Assembly (NCBI RefSeq): GCF_000142905.1
Contig: NW_013657678.1
Coordinates: 372,001-436,000, forward strand
Length of the DNA stretch: 64,000 nt
Source of the DNA: Thecamonas trahens ATCC 50062
Taxonomy: Eukaryota; Protista; Apusomonadida
Direction: 5' to 3'
In this document: positions 43,501 through 54,141 of the stretch, piece by piece
Position numbering within the stretch: position 1 is the stretch's first letter
How the letters are laid out: each line of letters opens with the position of its first letter
Notes under the pieces: model-generated
Database searches by the model: none
What the model was told of the DNA's origin: nothing
Seen by the model: the letters and a program-made list of their open reading frames with translations, nothing else
Made by a program: the position numbers and the translations under genes

Positions 43501-46199
43501 ACGACACCAGTCGTGTTGAGGTAGACGTTGACCGAGATGGTGGCGAGCGAGCCGGGAGCATACGCGCCGTCGGTGAGCTCAATCTGAGGGGTGGCGATGG
43601 TCTCGCCGTTGTGGACGACGGTGATGCGGGCGGTGAGTGGCGCAGCCGGCGGTGGTGGCGCACCGCGGTTGGCAACGGTCACTTCGACCTCGACCACGTC
43701 GGGGATCGGCGTCCACGCCGCGTTGTCGGCCGACCGACGGAAGGTCGGCAAGATAGAGACGACAACGAGGTCAGGCATGCCGGCGTAGACGTCGGGATGG
43801 TGGATGTTGTAGACGACATCATCAATTTCGGCCAGCGAGCGCGACGGCGAGATGTGTGTTGGAAAGTCGTGCGACTCGGTGGCAGCCAGGTACTCGAGCG
43901 GCGTCTCGTACCATGGCGCACCTTGCGACTCACCAGACTCACGGGCGGCAAACATAACGGCCCAGTAGTCGAGGACGAGGGTGGTGAAGCCGCGACCATC
44001 AGCGTTGTCCTGGGCAGCAACAAGCTGGTCATTGAAGACCTCGCCCGAGACCTCGCCCCACCAGTAGTTCATGTCGGCGGCCCACGACTCCCAGTAGACG
44101 CCGCTGAGGTAGGAACGAAAGTCGTCGTAGCGAGAGCCGGCAAACTCGGGAAAGGCAAAGTGGAGCGGGCGGTTACCGATGAGCACGGCGTCCGGGTAGT
44201 CGTACGCAAGGTGAGCGATAAGATCAAGGCCGCCGTCGCGAACCCAGTAGTAGTCCGAGACCATGGCCGGAGGCTGCCAGAACGACCACGGTGCCGACAC
44301 GCCGAGGGTGTCAAGGAAGAGGCCATCCATGCCGAGCTCGTTGAGGATGTAGTTAAAGCCGGAAGTTCCGTGCTCAGCTGCAGTTGCCGTAGTCAGAAAG
44401 TCGTACCAGAGCGGATCGCCCGGGTTGACGTACAGGCCGCCCCACTCAGTGTTCTGGTCAGGCTTGCCGTCGGGCACGGTGTCAACATACGCGCCGCCTG
44501 TGTCCGAGTACACGCCCATCATGTCGACGTACCACGATGGGTAGCCGCCGTTTGCAAAGGAGACCTCGCCCGTAGCGTAGTTGTACGTTTGCGGGCCGGT
44601 GCCGGTGTTGAGGGCGGGCGAGAGCGAGGCATCACGCGGAACATTGAGTCCCCCGCCGGGTCCGGGCTCACCGTAGTCCTCGCCCACAGAGATGTAGCCA
44701 ATGACGATGGTGTCGTCGGCGTTGCCGAGAATATCGTCGGGCCCGTCACGGATGTCGCGGACCTGGGCGGCGGTGATGAGCGCCGAGCCGCCACCCGGGT
44801 GGCAAATGACAAGGTCGTACTTTTCGGCCTTGGTCACTTCTGCGGCCGACCACGCCGAAAAGAAGACCATGTAGTCTGAGGTGGCGGTGAGGCCCGGAAT
44901 CGGGCCGCGAAGGTGCGAGAGGATCGATCGGTCACGCGAGATCCAGTTGCTCGGCTCGAAGCCACCCGTGTCGCTCACAACAAACGCAGCAAAGTAGTAC
45001 GATGTGATGGGCGCAAGGGCAGCGTCGTTGTCGACGAGCGCGACAGCGGCTCCGGGTGTGTGGCTCGAAAGCGGTGCGCTATACACGACCGACTCGCTGG
45101 CACCGGCGCCGCCCGGGGCGGTCGGAAAGCCGACGGTAGAGCGGACAATCTCGATGCGGCCGCCTGTGGCTGGAAAGACAGGCGGGAGGATGACGGCGAG
45201 GTCAAAGGCCGAGACCGAAGCCGGCGTGACGTCGAGGCTGGCAAAGGTCCGCGGGAGTTCGACGATGTCCGAGGTGTCAAAGACCGTACGCGAGCCGTCG
45301 TTGTTGACAGCAACGAGGACGAGCTCGTAGCCCACGCCCGGAACGATGCCGTGGTCAGCGGCCGAGACCACAACCTGAGCGTCCGAGGTGGCGGCGGTGG
45401 CGATTGTCTGGGGGCCGATAGCAAAGAAGAGCGGCGAGCCGATGGCGTAGCCGCCAGTCGGCACGGTGTCGAAAACCAGCGAGGCAAAGGCATGGGCGGC
45501 AAACTGAGCGGTGTACTCACTCAGCGAAAGGCCCGCAAGCGGCGACGTGCCCGGAACATGGTCGCGGAAGACAGCGAGAGGAATGGTGGCATTGAGCGAA
45601 TAAATGCCATCAGATGTCAGCGCGGCAGCAAGCGGGACGGTCTGCCCGGTCTCGGACCACGCCGAGGACTGAGTGGCAAACGGCTGATTGACTGATAGTT
45701 GGTATGCCGTGTTGTGCGTCTGGATGGAGACGGATGCATCAACGTGGTTGTACTCGATGCGGAGCTCGGCACCGATGGGCATGCCGTGGTGAGCAAAGCC
45801 CGTGGCGGCCGAGCCGTCGAGGTCAAAGTAGACAAAGATGTTAGTGGCGAGGGCGGTGAGGAAGATAGAGAGCGACTGGCTAGCCGCGTTGACCTCAAAC
45901 CGCACTCTACGAAGATACGACGGGTCCTCGGGAGGATACGGCCACGCCAGGTCCGGATCTTGAGACTCAAGCCCGATGCCGTAGCTGCCTGCTGCGGCAA
46001 AAGCGCCGCTTGCCGACTTGCGCGACACCTGGGCCGCACGCAGTTCCCACGACGCAACCGAAGCCGGTGCGGAAGGAAGGGAAATCGTCATTCGAGCCGG
46101 ATGCGCCTCCAACGAGGGCGTAATAGCCCCAGCGACCACACTCGCCGCAATGATGAGCACAATTACGGTCGTAAGCATCTGGATTCCTGTGCTGGTCAT
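34541..46199 (-). CDS. giant type I membrane protein B (~3890 aa), paralog of A: GH114/PelA-like domain, 2 CARDB, Cys repeats, 8 x ~200-aa modules, SP3-5 extensin tract, TM with poly-Cys; frameshifts at ~43081 and ~38470
   Basis: ORFs 43047..46343, 38320..43236 and 34541..38488 join (LAVP-EADEGNNE matches A's AIPEADETNNE; EWFTLG-LGRATNVSDGRND). DGLFLDTLG at 44301-44327, YWES, TM LLALLALCCCCCLFWLLFLCC. Confidence 0.87.
36930..37250 (-). repeat. extensin-like (S)P3-9 coding repeat in protein B
   Basis: GGC-rich repeats on the + strand, translating to SPPPP/SPSPPPPP. Confidence 0.9.
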
Positions 46200-46488
46200 G
46201 AGTGCTGGTGCGGGATACCTGAAGGTGCGGGGGGAGGGGCGGGAATACGCCGGGGATCGGTTCCGAGACGAGTGACCAAACGTGATATCAGCCGCGGAAC
46301 AATCGGTTTGCCGAACAAACAAGCGTAATAACGAGATGACCAATTCGTCATCATTTTGACGTTCCTATCAACAGCGTTGCAAAAGGCTACGTTTATGCGG
46401 CAGGCGAGAAGGCTGCGGGGAAACAAAAGGTCAGCAGTGGATAAGCGAGTGGACCGAGGTACGGGGGGGGGGGGGCGGGCATGGCACG

Positions 46489-49400
46489 TCACTCGACAAT
46501 AATATCGGCGTCGAGGTCGTCGAAAACATTGTGCGTGGTGTAGACAACGTCGTCGTTGAGCGAGACGAGGGGGATGCCATCACCGTCGTCGAGGGCGGCT
46601 GTGGCGGCGAGGGATGAGCCCGGGGCTGCGAGGGTGTGCGGCTTGGAGAGGAGCGAGTCGGTGAGGCCAACGCCGGCGCCCGCGTCATTGCCAGCGTCTG
46701 TGGCATAGATGTCCACCGATGCCGGGATCACGACCGAGTTGCGGGAGGAGGCGTCGGCCGATGCGACGAGATTGAGCGAGTCATCGATGCCGATGGAGAC
46801 GGAAGCAACGCTCTCATCGAGTTTGAGCATGGAGCGCTGGTCCTCGTTGAGCTCGCCGCGATAGGTGAGGATGTGCTCGACGAGCGACTTGTTGACCCAG
46901 TCTGGGGCATTTTTCTCGAGCTCGCGCCAGAAGATGATTTGGCGGACGTCGAGGTCAAACTCTGCGTCGGGGTTTTTGTGCAGCTTGAAGAGGGCGCGCA
47001 GCTCGACGAGGAAGGTCCAGGCGAGAATGGCGACGGCGGTGACGACGACGGCGATGCAGCCGATGATAAAGATGTACCGTGAGACCTCATTGGGGAAGCG
47101 GTCTGCGTAAAACGCAAAGCCAAAGCCGAGAACAATCATGGCGCAGACGTTGAGGCGGAGCTCGAGCTTGTTGTACAGCGGCTCGTAGTACGGCTCGTGC
47201 TGCGAGTGGAGGACGGTAGCGGTAGTGAAGAGAGCGAGCAGGGCCGAGACCTGCCAGATCTGGGCTTCAGAGAAGAAAAGCGAGGCGCCGACGACAACGA
47301 GGCGCTTAAAAAGGAGCGGGAGCTCGGTGAAAAGTAGGCGTTGCGATAGAGCCGGTAGGTCGAGCCGAAGCGGCCGAGGATGGATGGCTCAGCGAGCCTG
47401 TGGCGGAAGCGGTAGAGCGCGACGCCAATGTAGAGAGGAATGCCAATGACGTAGATGCAGACGGCGATGAGACCAAGCGGAAGGAGCCGGAGCCATGCAG
47501 CGTCAAAGCAGCGGCGTCCAAGGTCGGCGTCGAGGTAGTAGTTGCCGTCGGCGAGCCGCGAGCAGTCGAAGAGAATGAGCGACGACCGTGAGAGAGGGAT
47601 GTACAGAAGCGGCGCAACAATAATGACAGTCCGTTCAAGGACAATGAGCGTCGGCGCGTCAAAGGCAGGGAGGGTGCGGAGGCGGGCAAACGAGTAGCGA
47701 ACCGACTTGATGAGGATCCAGGCGAGGGTGGAAATGAGGAGGAAAAAGAGCGGGTAGAGGGTCGAGAGCGCGTACTTGGCCTCAAACGACGAGAGCGAGC
47801 ACTCAGAGGCAAAGATGTCAAGGTCAAGATTGATGACATTAAAGATGAGGAGCGTCTCCTGGACCCGAGACGGCCACTGGAGCGAGGACTTGGCAATGAC
47901 GCCGAGGATCTGGAAGAACACAATGGCCTGCGACAGCGAGTGCGGGACGCGGCGGCGGTGTGAGTACGAGCCGCGTGTGTATCGCATCTCGGCGGTGACG
48001 AGCGCACCCTGCCCGTCCGCAATGGCGGTCGCTTCGCCGGCATAAGTGAGGAGCATAAAGACGACAACGCCGATGGCGGTGACGACGATGGCGAGAACAA
48101 AGGCGATCATGAGGCCTGACGAGCCGGGCGGGCACTTGCGGCATGCGCCCGAGCCATCCGAGTAGTGATTGGCGGAGCACGTGTTGCACATAAAGCCCTC
48201 AAAGCCTGCAGCACACTGCTGGAAGCCGCCTGCACACGCGCCGGGCCTGCGGCACTGCTCAAACTGCGAGCCGTCGCCGTTGGGCGAGACGTCAAAGAAG
48301 CCCTTGGCGGCAACGGGCGGAGCGAGGCCGCCGCGGCACTCGCCGCCGCGCGGGCAGGCGACACAGCCGGCATTGCGGCGGTGGCCCTCGAGGCCAAGCC
48401 AAAAGTTGGGCGCGCACGTGCAGTTGGCCCACGACGGCGAGATGGAGGGTGACCGCATGTTCTCAGGACAGAGCTCGCAGCGGCCGGCGTTGATGACTTC
48501 TGAGAAGGTGTTCTCGGGGCACTCGGCGCACGTCGACTCGTCAACCGACTGGAAGCCGGGCGGGCAGATGGCCGAGACGACAATGACCCACGGCGACGAC
48601 GGGTGCGGCAGGCCATTAACGACAACAGAGATGGTGTAGAGGCCTCCCTCGACAGGTGTAAACGAAGCCATGTACTCGGCGCTGCCGAGGTTGCCGAGGC
48701 TGACTGGAAGGCTCAGGGCGCCGCGCTTGGGCACGACCTCGATGAGACCTGCATCGTCCGAGCTCACCCGCGCGTTGCCGTACAGGTCGCGGACAACAAT
48801 GGTGAGCGTGACAGTGGCGCCGGAGAAGGAGCCCTCTGTGAGCGCAGAGCCGGAGACTTCCGAGCCGGCGGCGGCAGCAGCGGCAGGGACGACGACGTAG
48901 GTCAGCGGCGAGATGGCATGCTCGCGCTTGTTGACCAACATTGTGGCTTGGTACGTGCCTGCAAGCGCGGGCGCAGTATCGGCCGCGCCAGTCATATCGA
49001 CCGAAATGTTGTAGATACCCCCGTAGCCCGCATAGCTCCCGACAGCAACGATGCCAAAGTCGGGCAGGGTGACTTCCATGAGGTCGTCACCAGTGTCGAC
49101 GACGGAGCCAAGGCTGTTGCGGGCGACGACTCCGATAGAAAACGACTCACCGGCCTGGTAGACGGTGCCAGGCCATTAACGACAACAGAGATGGTGTAGA
49201 GGCCTCCCTCGACAGGTGTAAACGAAGCCATGTACTCGGCGCTGCCGAGGTTGCCGAGGCTGACTGGAAGGCTCAGGGCGCCGCGCTTGGGCACGACCTC
49301 GATGAGACCTGCATCGTCCGAGCTCACCCGCGCGTTGCCGTACAGGTCGCGGACAACAATGGTGAGCGTGACAGTGGCGCCGGAGAAGGAGCCCTCTGTG

Positions 49401-50496
49401 AGCGCAGAGCCGGAGACTTCCGAGCCGGCGGCGGCAGCAGCGGCAGGGACGACGACGTAGGTCAGCGGCGCGAGATGGCATGCTCGCGCTTGTTGACCAA
49501 CATTGTGGCTTGGTACGTGCCTGCAAGCGCGGGCGCAGTATCGGCCGCGCCAGTCATATCGACCGAAATGTTGTAGATACCCCCGTAGCCCGCATAGCTC
49601 CCGACAGCAACGATGCCAAAGTCGGGCAGGGTGACTTCCATGAGGTCGTCACCAGTGTCGACGACGGAGCCAAGGCTGTTGCGGGCGACGACTCCGATAG
49701 AAAACGACTCACCGGCCTGGTAGACGGTGCCAAGAGGCGGCGCGTCAACAAGTGTTTGCGTCACGTCGGTGGCCGAGCAGAAGAACGACAACGGATGCGG
49801 CTGCCAGTCGCCAAGCCCACCCGGTCCGCAGGTGTAGGTGCTTGTCCCGACGGCCAGAAAGCCCGTATTACAGGTGTAGGTGCAGCTCGAGTTGTAGGTA
49901 GAGCCGGTGCACAGAACTTGCGACGCAGTGGGGATGCCAAAGTCGGGATCGGTGGAAATGTCGCCGCAGTTCTTGATGTTGCANNNNNNNNNNNNNNNNN
50001 NNNNNNNNNNNNNNNNNNNNNNNNNNNNNNNNNNNNNNNNNNNNNNNNNNNNNNNNNNNNNNNNNNNNNNNNNNNNNNNNNNNGGCGGCGGCGGCGGTGG
50101 AGGAGGAGGCGGCGGAGGCGACGACGGCGGCGGCGGCGGCGATGGCGGCGGAGGCGTAGGAGGAGACGGCGGCGGCGGCGGCGGCGATGGAGGAGGAGGA
50201 GGAGGAGGTGACGGCGGCGGCGGCGGCGGCGATGGAGGAGGAGGGGGAGGAGGTGACGGCGGTGGCGGCGATGGAGGAGGAGGGGGAGGAGGCGACGGCG
50301 GTGGCGGCGGTGGCGATGGAGGAGGAGGAGGGGGAGGTGACGGCGGCGGCGGCGGCGGCGATGGAGGAGGAGGGGGAGGTGACGGCGGCGGCGGCGGAGA
50401 TGGCGGCGGCGGCGGCGAAGATGGCATCTGGGCCATTGCTGGCGAGCAGCTGATTAGGCAGACGATGAGGAGCAAGGCGAGGCTCGTTGGCTGCAT
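46489..50496 (-). CDS. large multi-pass receptor-like protein: signal, SPn extensin, [gap], sushi-like, filamin/Ig-like, Cys-rich repeats, ~7-8 TM; disrupted by a gap, a duplication and a frameshift (~47331)
   Basis: Signal MQPTSLALLLIVCLISC; CTYTCNTGF..TC..GDW (CCP-like); VRDLYGN, YMASFTPVEGGLYTISVVVNG (filamin-like); CPENTFS/CPRGGEC repeats. The TM block continues YFFTELPLLFKRLVVV...EPY if A4 at 47330-47333 is A5. Confidence 0.8.
48611..49732. repeat. direct tandem duplication (560 bp + 562 bp), probably a misassembly
   Basis: 48611-49170 and 49171-49732 appear identical apart from an extra CG at ~49471. It lies ~250 bp from the scaffold gap and breaks the reading frame. Confidence 0.9.
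49984..50083. other. assembly gap (100 N)
   Basis: Run of N adjacent to a GC-rich poly-Pro repeat. Confidence 1.
50084..50420 (-). repeat. extensin-like (SP4-6)n coding repeat
   Basis: GGC/GGA triplet repeats on the + strand. Confidence 0.9.
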
Positions 50497-51529
50497 GGCC
50501 AATGGTGTACAAGCTGGCATGCAAGGCGAATCTGTGTGTTGGTGACGGAGGGTAAGAGAGCGTGCAAGGGGGGGGGAGGTTGCTGTTGTTGTTGTTGTTG
50601 TTGGGGACTGAGAGGAAGCTGGCTGACGAGCCCGTACCAAGTGCTGGGATATGTTCTTGTCGTTTGTGGCGGAGGCCAGGGGTGGTGGGGAGGAGGGCGG
50701 TGGTGTTGGAGGTGGCCGAGCGGTGAGCAGGGGGTGGAGGAGGAGGAGGAGGAGGAGGAGGAGTGTATGTGGTGGTGTATGCGTTAGTGGGTGGTGGGTG
50801 AAGTATGTCGCTGCCTGTCTTCTCGCTCCTCCTCAATGCGAGCGTGCTACCTCCCTTCCCGTGTGTGGAGCCTCCCATTGCTTTGCATACTTTTTTGCTC
50901 CGAAATGGGAAAAATTCCGCCCTTATCTAGCGGCCTCCACGTGGGGCGATCGTGACGGCGGTGGTGGAGCAGCCAGCTAAGGACTACAGGAGTGCGAGCG
51001 ATGTTTCGGGCACGGCTAGTCCCGTCCTCGGCGTGTGGGCTCGTAGCAGCAGGCGGTGGCGTCGAAATAGGGGAGCTGGGGAACGTTCAAGTGAGAAAAC
51101 GTCGCGGGAGGTGCGGGCACGTGAGAGAGCTGGAGCACGTGCAGCAAATTCATGTGAGCAAGGCAGATCATTGCCTGATCCCAGTGATGCTGCTGCAGTA
51201 GAGCTGTGTAGGGCCCGGGGTCGGGCCCGGGACCGGGGCTGGGGAGTGAGGCGTGGCGGCGGGCAGCTCCTGGAGGCGTTGGCCGGGTTGAGACATGGAG
51301 CTGTCAGGAGAGAGAGAGTGTGTGTGTAGTATGTGCGGCGAATTACGAGTGGCAGAGAATCACTCGACAAAGCATGGCCAACTGTATTCGCGCCAAGTTC
51401 CGCTGTCAGCTACTCGGCCACAAAATTTGCCTCATTCATTTCATGCTTTGACAAGCAGCCATGGAATCGGCCAAGGTCGGAGGGCTAAGGCTGAGGACGA
51501 GCCGAGGCCGGCACCACTCGACCGATAAC

Positions 51530-52729
51530 ATGGGGAGGAAGCGGACGCGTGACGGAGCAGCCAAGGCGTCGCCTGCAGCGACCCGGTCAAGGAAGGAGAA
51601 GCGGCATGCGCGGAAGAAGGGCATTGTGGAGGAGCCGGTTATGTCGGACTCGAGCTCGGCGAGCCCTGCCCCAGAGGTGGCGTCGTCTGATGGCGAGGAG
51701 GATGGCGATCAGGATGGGGCGGCGTCGGCCTCGTCGGTGGGCTCTGTCGACTCGGAGCTGGCCATTGAGGAGGGAGCGGGCCTGAGCCTTGCAGAGACGA
51801 TGGAGGTGGTGCGGGCACGTGCTGAGGCTGAGGCTGCCGAGGGCGTCGAGTCTGGCGACGACGACCTGGTTCACCCGTCCAAGAAGGTCAAGCGGATCGC
51901 TGGCACGGCCCACCCGCGCAAGGCCAACACACTGTGGACGACGCCCAAGTACCGCAACAAGCAGCGGACGCTCGTCTTTGGCACCCGCGGCCTCACCACT
52001 CGCTTCCGCCACCTGCTCAACGACCTCCGCCTCCTGCTCCCGCACTCGAAGAAGGAGGTCAAGATGGACGCCAAGGATAAGCTCTACATCATCAACGAGA
52101 TTGCCGAGCTCAAGGCATGCAACTCGTGCATCTTTTTTGAGGCCCGCAAGGGCCAGGACCTGTACCTCTGGATCTCGCGCATCCCGCACGGCCCCTCGGT
52201 CAAGTTCCATGTCCTCAACATCCACACCCTCGACGAGCTCAAGCTGACCGGCAACGCCCTCCGCGGCTCGCGCCCGGTTCTCTCCTTTGACGCCGCCTTT
52301 GACGAGCTTCCGGCGCTCAAGCTGCTCAAGGAGATCTTCATCCAGGTCTTTGGCACGCCTAACCGCCACCCCAAGTCCAAGCCGTTTGTCGACCACGTCC
52401 TCAACTTTGCCTACATCGACGGCAAGATCTGGTTCCGCAACTATCAGATGTTCGACGAGCAGAAGACTGCCCGCGACGCCGACCTCAAGCTGGTCGAGAT
52501 CGGCCCGCGCATGGTCCTCAACATTGTCCGCATCTTTGACGGCTCGTTCTGCGGCGCTACGCTGTACGAGAACCCCAACTACGTCTCGCCCAACCTCGCC
52601 CGCCATATCCGCCGCAAGCAGACCGCCCAGCGCCAGCACAACCGCTCGCGCAACGCCAAGGAGCTCCGCCGCAAGAACAACATCATCTACCAGCCCGAGT
52701 ACAACGAGCTGGCTGACGTCTTTGCCTAA
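51530..52729 (+). CDS. BRX1: ribosome biogenesis protein BRX1 (Brix domain)
   Basis: NKQRTLVFGTRG..RFRHLLNDL..LLPH, GPSVKF, HTLDELKLTGN, KSKPFVDHV, IWFRNYQ, EIGPR, GATLYENP. Confidence 0.95.
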   Translation: MGRKRTRDGAAKASPAATRSRKEKRHARKKGIVEEPVMSDSSSASPAPEVASSDGEEDGDQDGAASASSVGSVDSELAIEEGAGLSLAETMEVVRARAEAEAAEGVESGDDDLVHPSKKVKRIAGTAHPRKANTLWTTPKYRNKQRTLVFGTRGLTTRFRHLLNDLRLLLPHSKKEVKMDAKDKLYIINEIAELKACNSCIFFEARKGQDLYLWISRIPHGPSVKFHVLNIHTLDELKLTGNALRGSRPVLSFDAAFDELPALKLLKEIFIQVFGTPNRHPKSKPFVDHVLNFAYIDGKIWFRNYQMFDEQKTARDADLKLVEIGPRMVLNIVRIFDGSFCGATLYENPNYVSPNLARHIRRKQTAQRQHNRSRNAKELRRKNNIIYQPEYNELADVFA

Positions 52730-52749
52730 ACTCTCTCCACACTTCCAGG

Positions 52750-54141
52750 CTACGCTCGCGGCCACGCTCGCGAGACCTCCATCTCTGGACGCCCTACCAC
52801 TGCTATCGCCTCGCGCGTCGTTGGGTGCGGAAACGCGACCCGAGCCGCATGCAGATGCAGGATTGATGCCGCCGGATCCCCATACCGCTCGCGGTTGCCA
52901 AACTCGCTGTTGTACACATCGTCGCCAAGCAGTGGCGCTCCCAGTGCAGCAGCGTGCACCCGCAGCTGGTGTGTCCGCCCGGTCAGCGGATACATAGCCA
53001 GAAGCGTGAGCGGCGACCCGTCGCAGCTCTCCAGCCCGCGGCGCAGGACCCGAACCACCGTCATCGCCGGTTTGCCCACCCCGCTGGAGATCGGCGTCGC
53101 CACGTTGAGCATGCGAATATCCGGGTGCGACGCAAGGCCTGAGACGACCACAAGCGCTTTGTGTGTTGCGTCCCACTCGAGCTGGAGCGCGGGCCAGCCG
53201 ATGCAAGGCTCTGACGGGTGTACTTGAGCTGCCTTGGCCGCCGCCAGCACCGCGGGATCAACGTCGCCACATGCCAGCGCCACGTACGCCTTGGACACCA
53301 ACCGCGACTTGAACGCCAGCGAAAGTTCGCGCGCCGCCATCTTGCTCCGCGCCATCACCACCAGGCCGGACGTGTCGCGATCGAGGCGATGTACATACTG
53401 CAGCTCAGGCGAGACCAGCTCTGGCGCAACTCTGGCGAGCTCGTCCATCATCTGAAGCTCGCCTGAGCGTGACGACGCTGTCAGCATGCCTGCCGGTTTG
53501 TGGACGACTGCCAGAGCATCATCGACGTAAGCCACTCGTAACCGCTCGGCAACGCCGCTCTCAGCAAGTGTAGACACCGTCGGCGCGTGGGCATCGCCGC
53601 GCGGCGGACGCCCAGCCTGTGGATCCGCCCCTGCTGCGCGGCACATAAAGACATGGCCGTGGTAGTCGCGCAGTTTGAGCTTGTGCGACGGATCCACAGG
53701 ACATGTCACCGGCGACGGCTGATGCGAGTGGCAACGCTTCAGCCCGCGCACCGCCACCATCTTGCACCGTCGCCCGCCCTTGTGCGCCATCTCCTCTGCG
53801 CATTGTTCCTGCGAGCCCATGTACGCCGCCTCTAACTCGCCCAGCTCCTTCCGCAGTCTCCTCCGCAGGAGCTCGCACAGCGCAAGCTCCTGCCACCATC
53901 CTTTGGCCTCGAGGTCAGCGCTGGGGTCAGAGCTGGGGCCAGAGTTGGGGTCAGAGATGGGGCCAGAGCTGGGGTCAGAGCTGGACCCAAGCGCGTTGTT
54001 GTGGCCCATGTTCTCGACCTCGTCAGCGCCCACGCTCTCTCGCCGCCGCTTCCTCCGTCCCATGCCGCCACCCAGCCCATCGTCCCCGACACCAACTAGC
54101 CTAGCGTCTCCAATCCCACCTCCTCCATCCGCAGCTGCCAT
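52750..54141 (-). CDS. RluA-family pseudouridine synthase with N-terminal CCCH + CHHC zinc fingers
   Basis: HKPAG, catalytic HRLDRDTSG, KAYVAL, TGRTHQLRVH, LLGDDVY, LHLHA. Upstream C..RRC..C.SH and CPVDPSH..H...C. Confidence 0.9.
   Translation of the reverse strand: MAAADGGGGIGDARLVGVGDDGLGGGMGRRKRRRESVGADEVENMGHNNALGSSSDPSSGPISDPNSGPSSDPSADLEAKGWWQELALCELLRRRLRKELGELEAAYMGSQEQCAEEMAHKGGRRCKMVAVRGLKRCHSHQPSPVTCPVDPSHKLKLRDYHGHVFMCRAAGADPQAGRPPRGDAHAPTVSTLAESGVAERLRVAYVDDALAVVHKPAGMLTASSRSGELQMMDELARVAPELVSPELQYVHRLDRDTSGLVVMARSKMAARELSLAFKSRLVSKAYVALACGDVDPAVLAAAKAAQVHPSEPCIGWPALQLEWDATHKALVVVSGLASHPDIRMLNVATPISSGVGKPAMTVVRVLRRGLESCDGSPLTLLAMYPLTGRTHQLRVHAAALGAPLLGDDVYNSEFGNRERYGDPAASILHLHAARVAFPHPTTREAIAVVGRPEMEVSRAWPRA

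Noticed and set aside
43149-44879. 576-aa + strand ORF and many similar long antisense ORFs (e.g. 51587..53206, 31721..32677, 35483..36424)
   Set aside because: Shadow frames of GC3-biased real genes on the opposite strand, with no motifs of their own.
50952-51329. 125-aa ORF upstream of BRX1
   Set aside because: Non-ATG start, Arg/Gly low complexity, no coding signature. Treated as intergenic.
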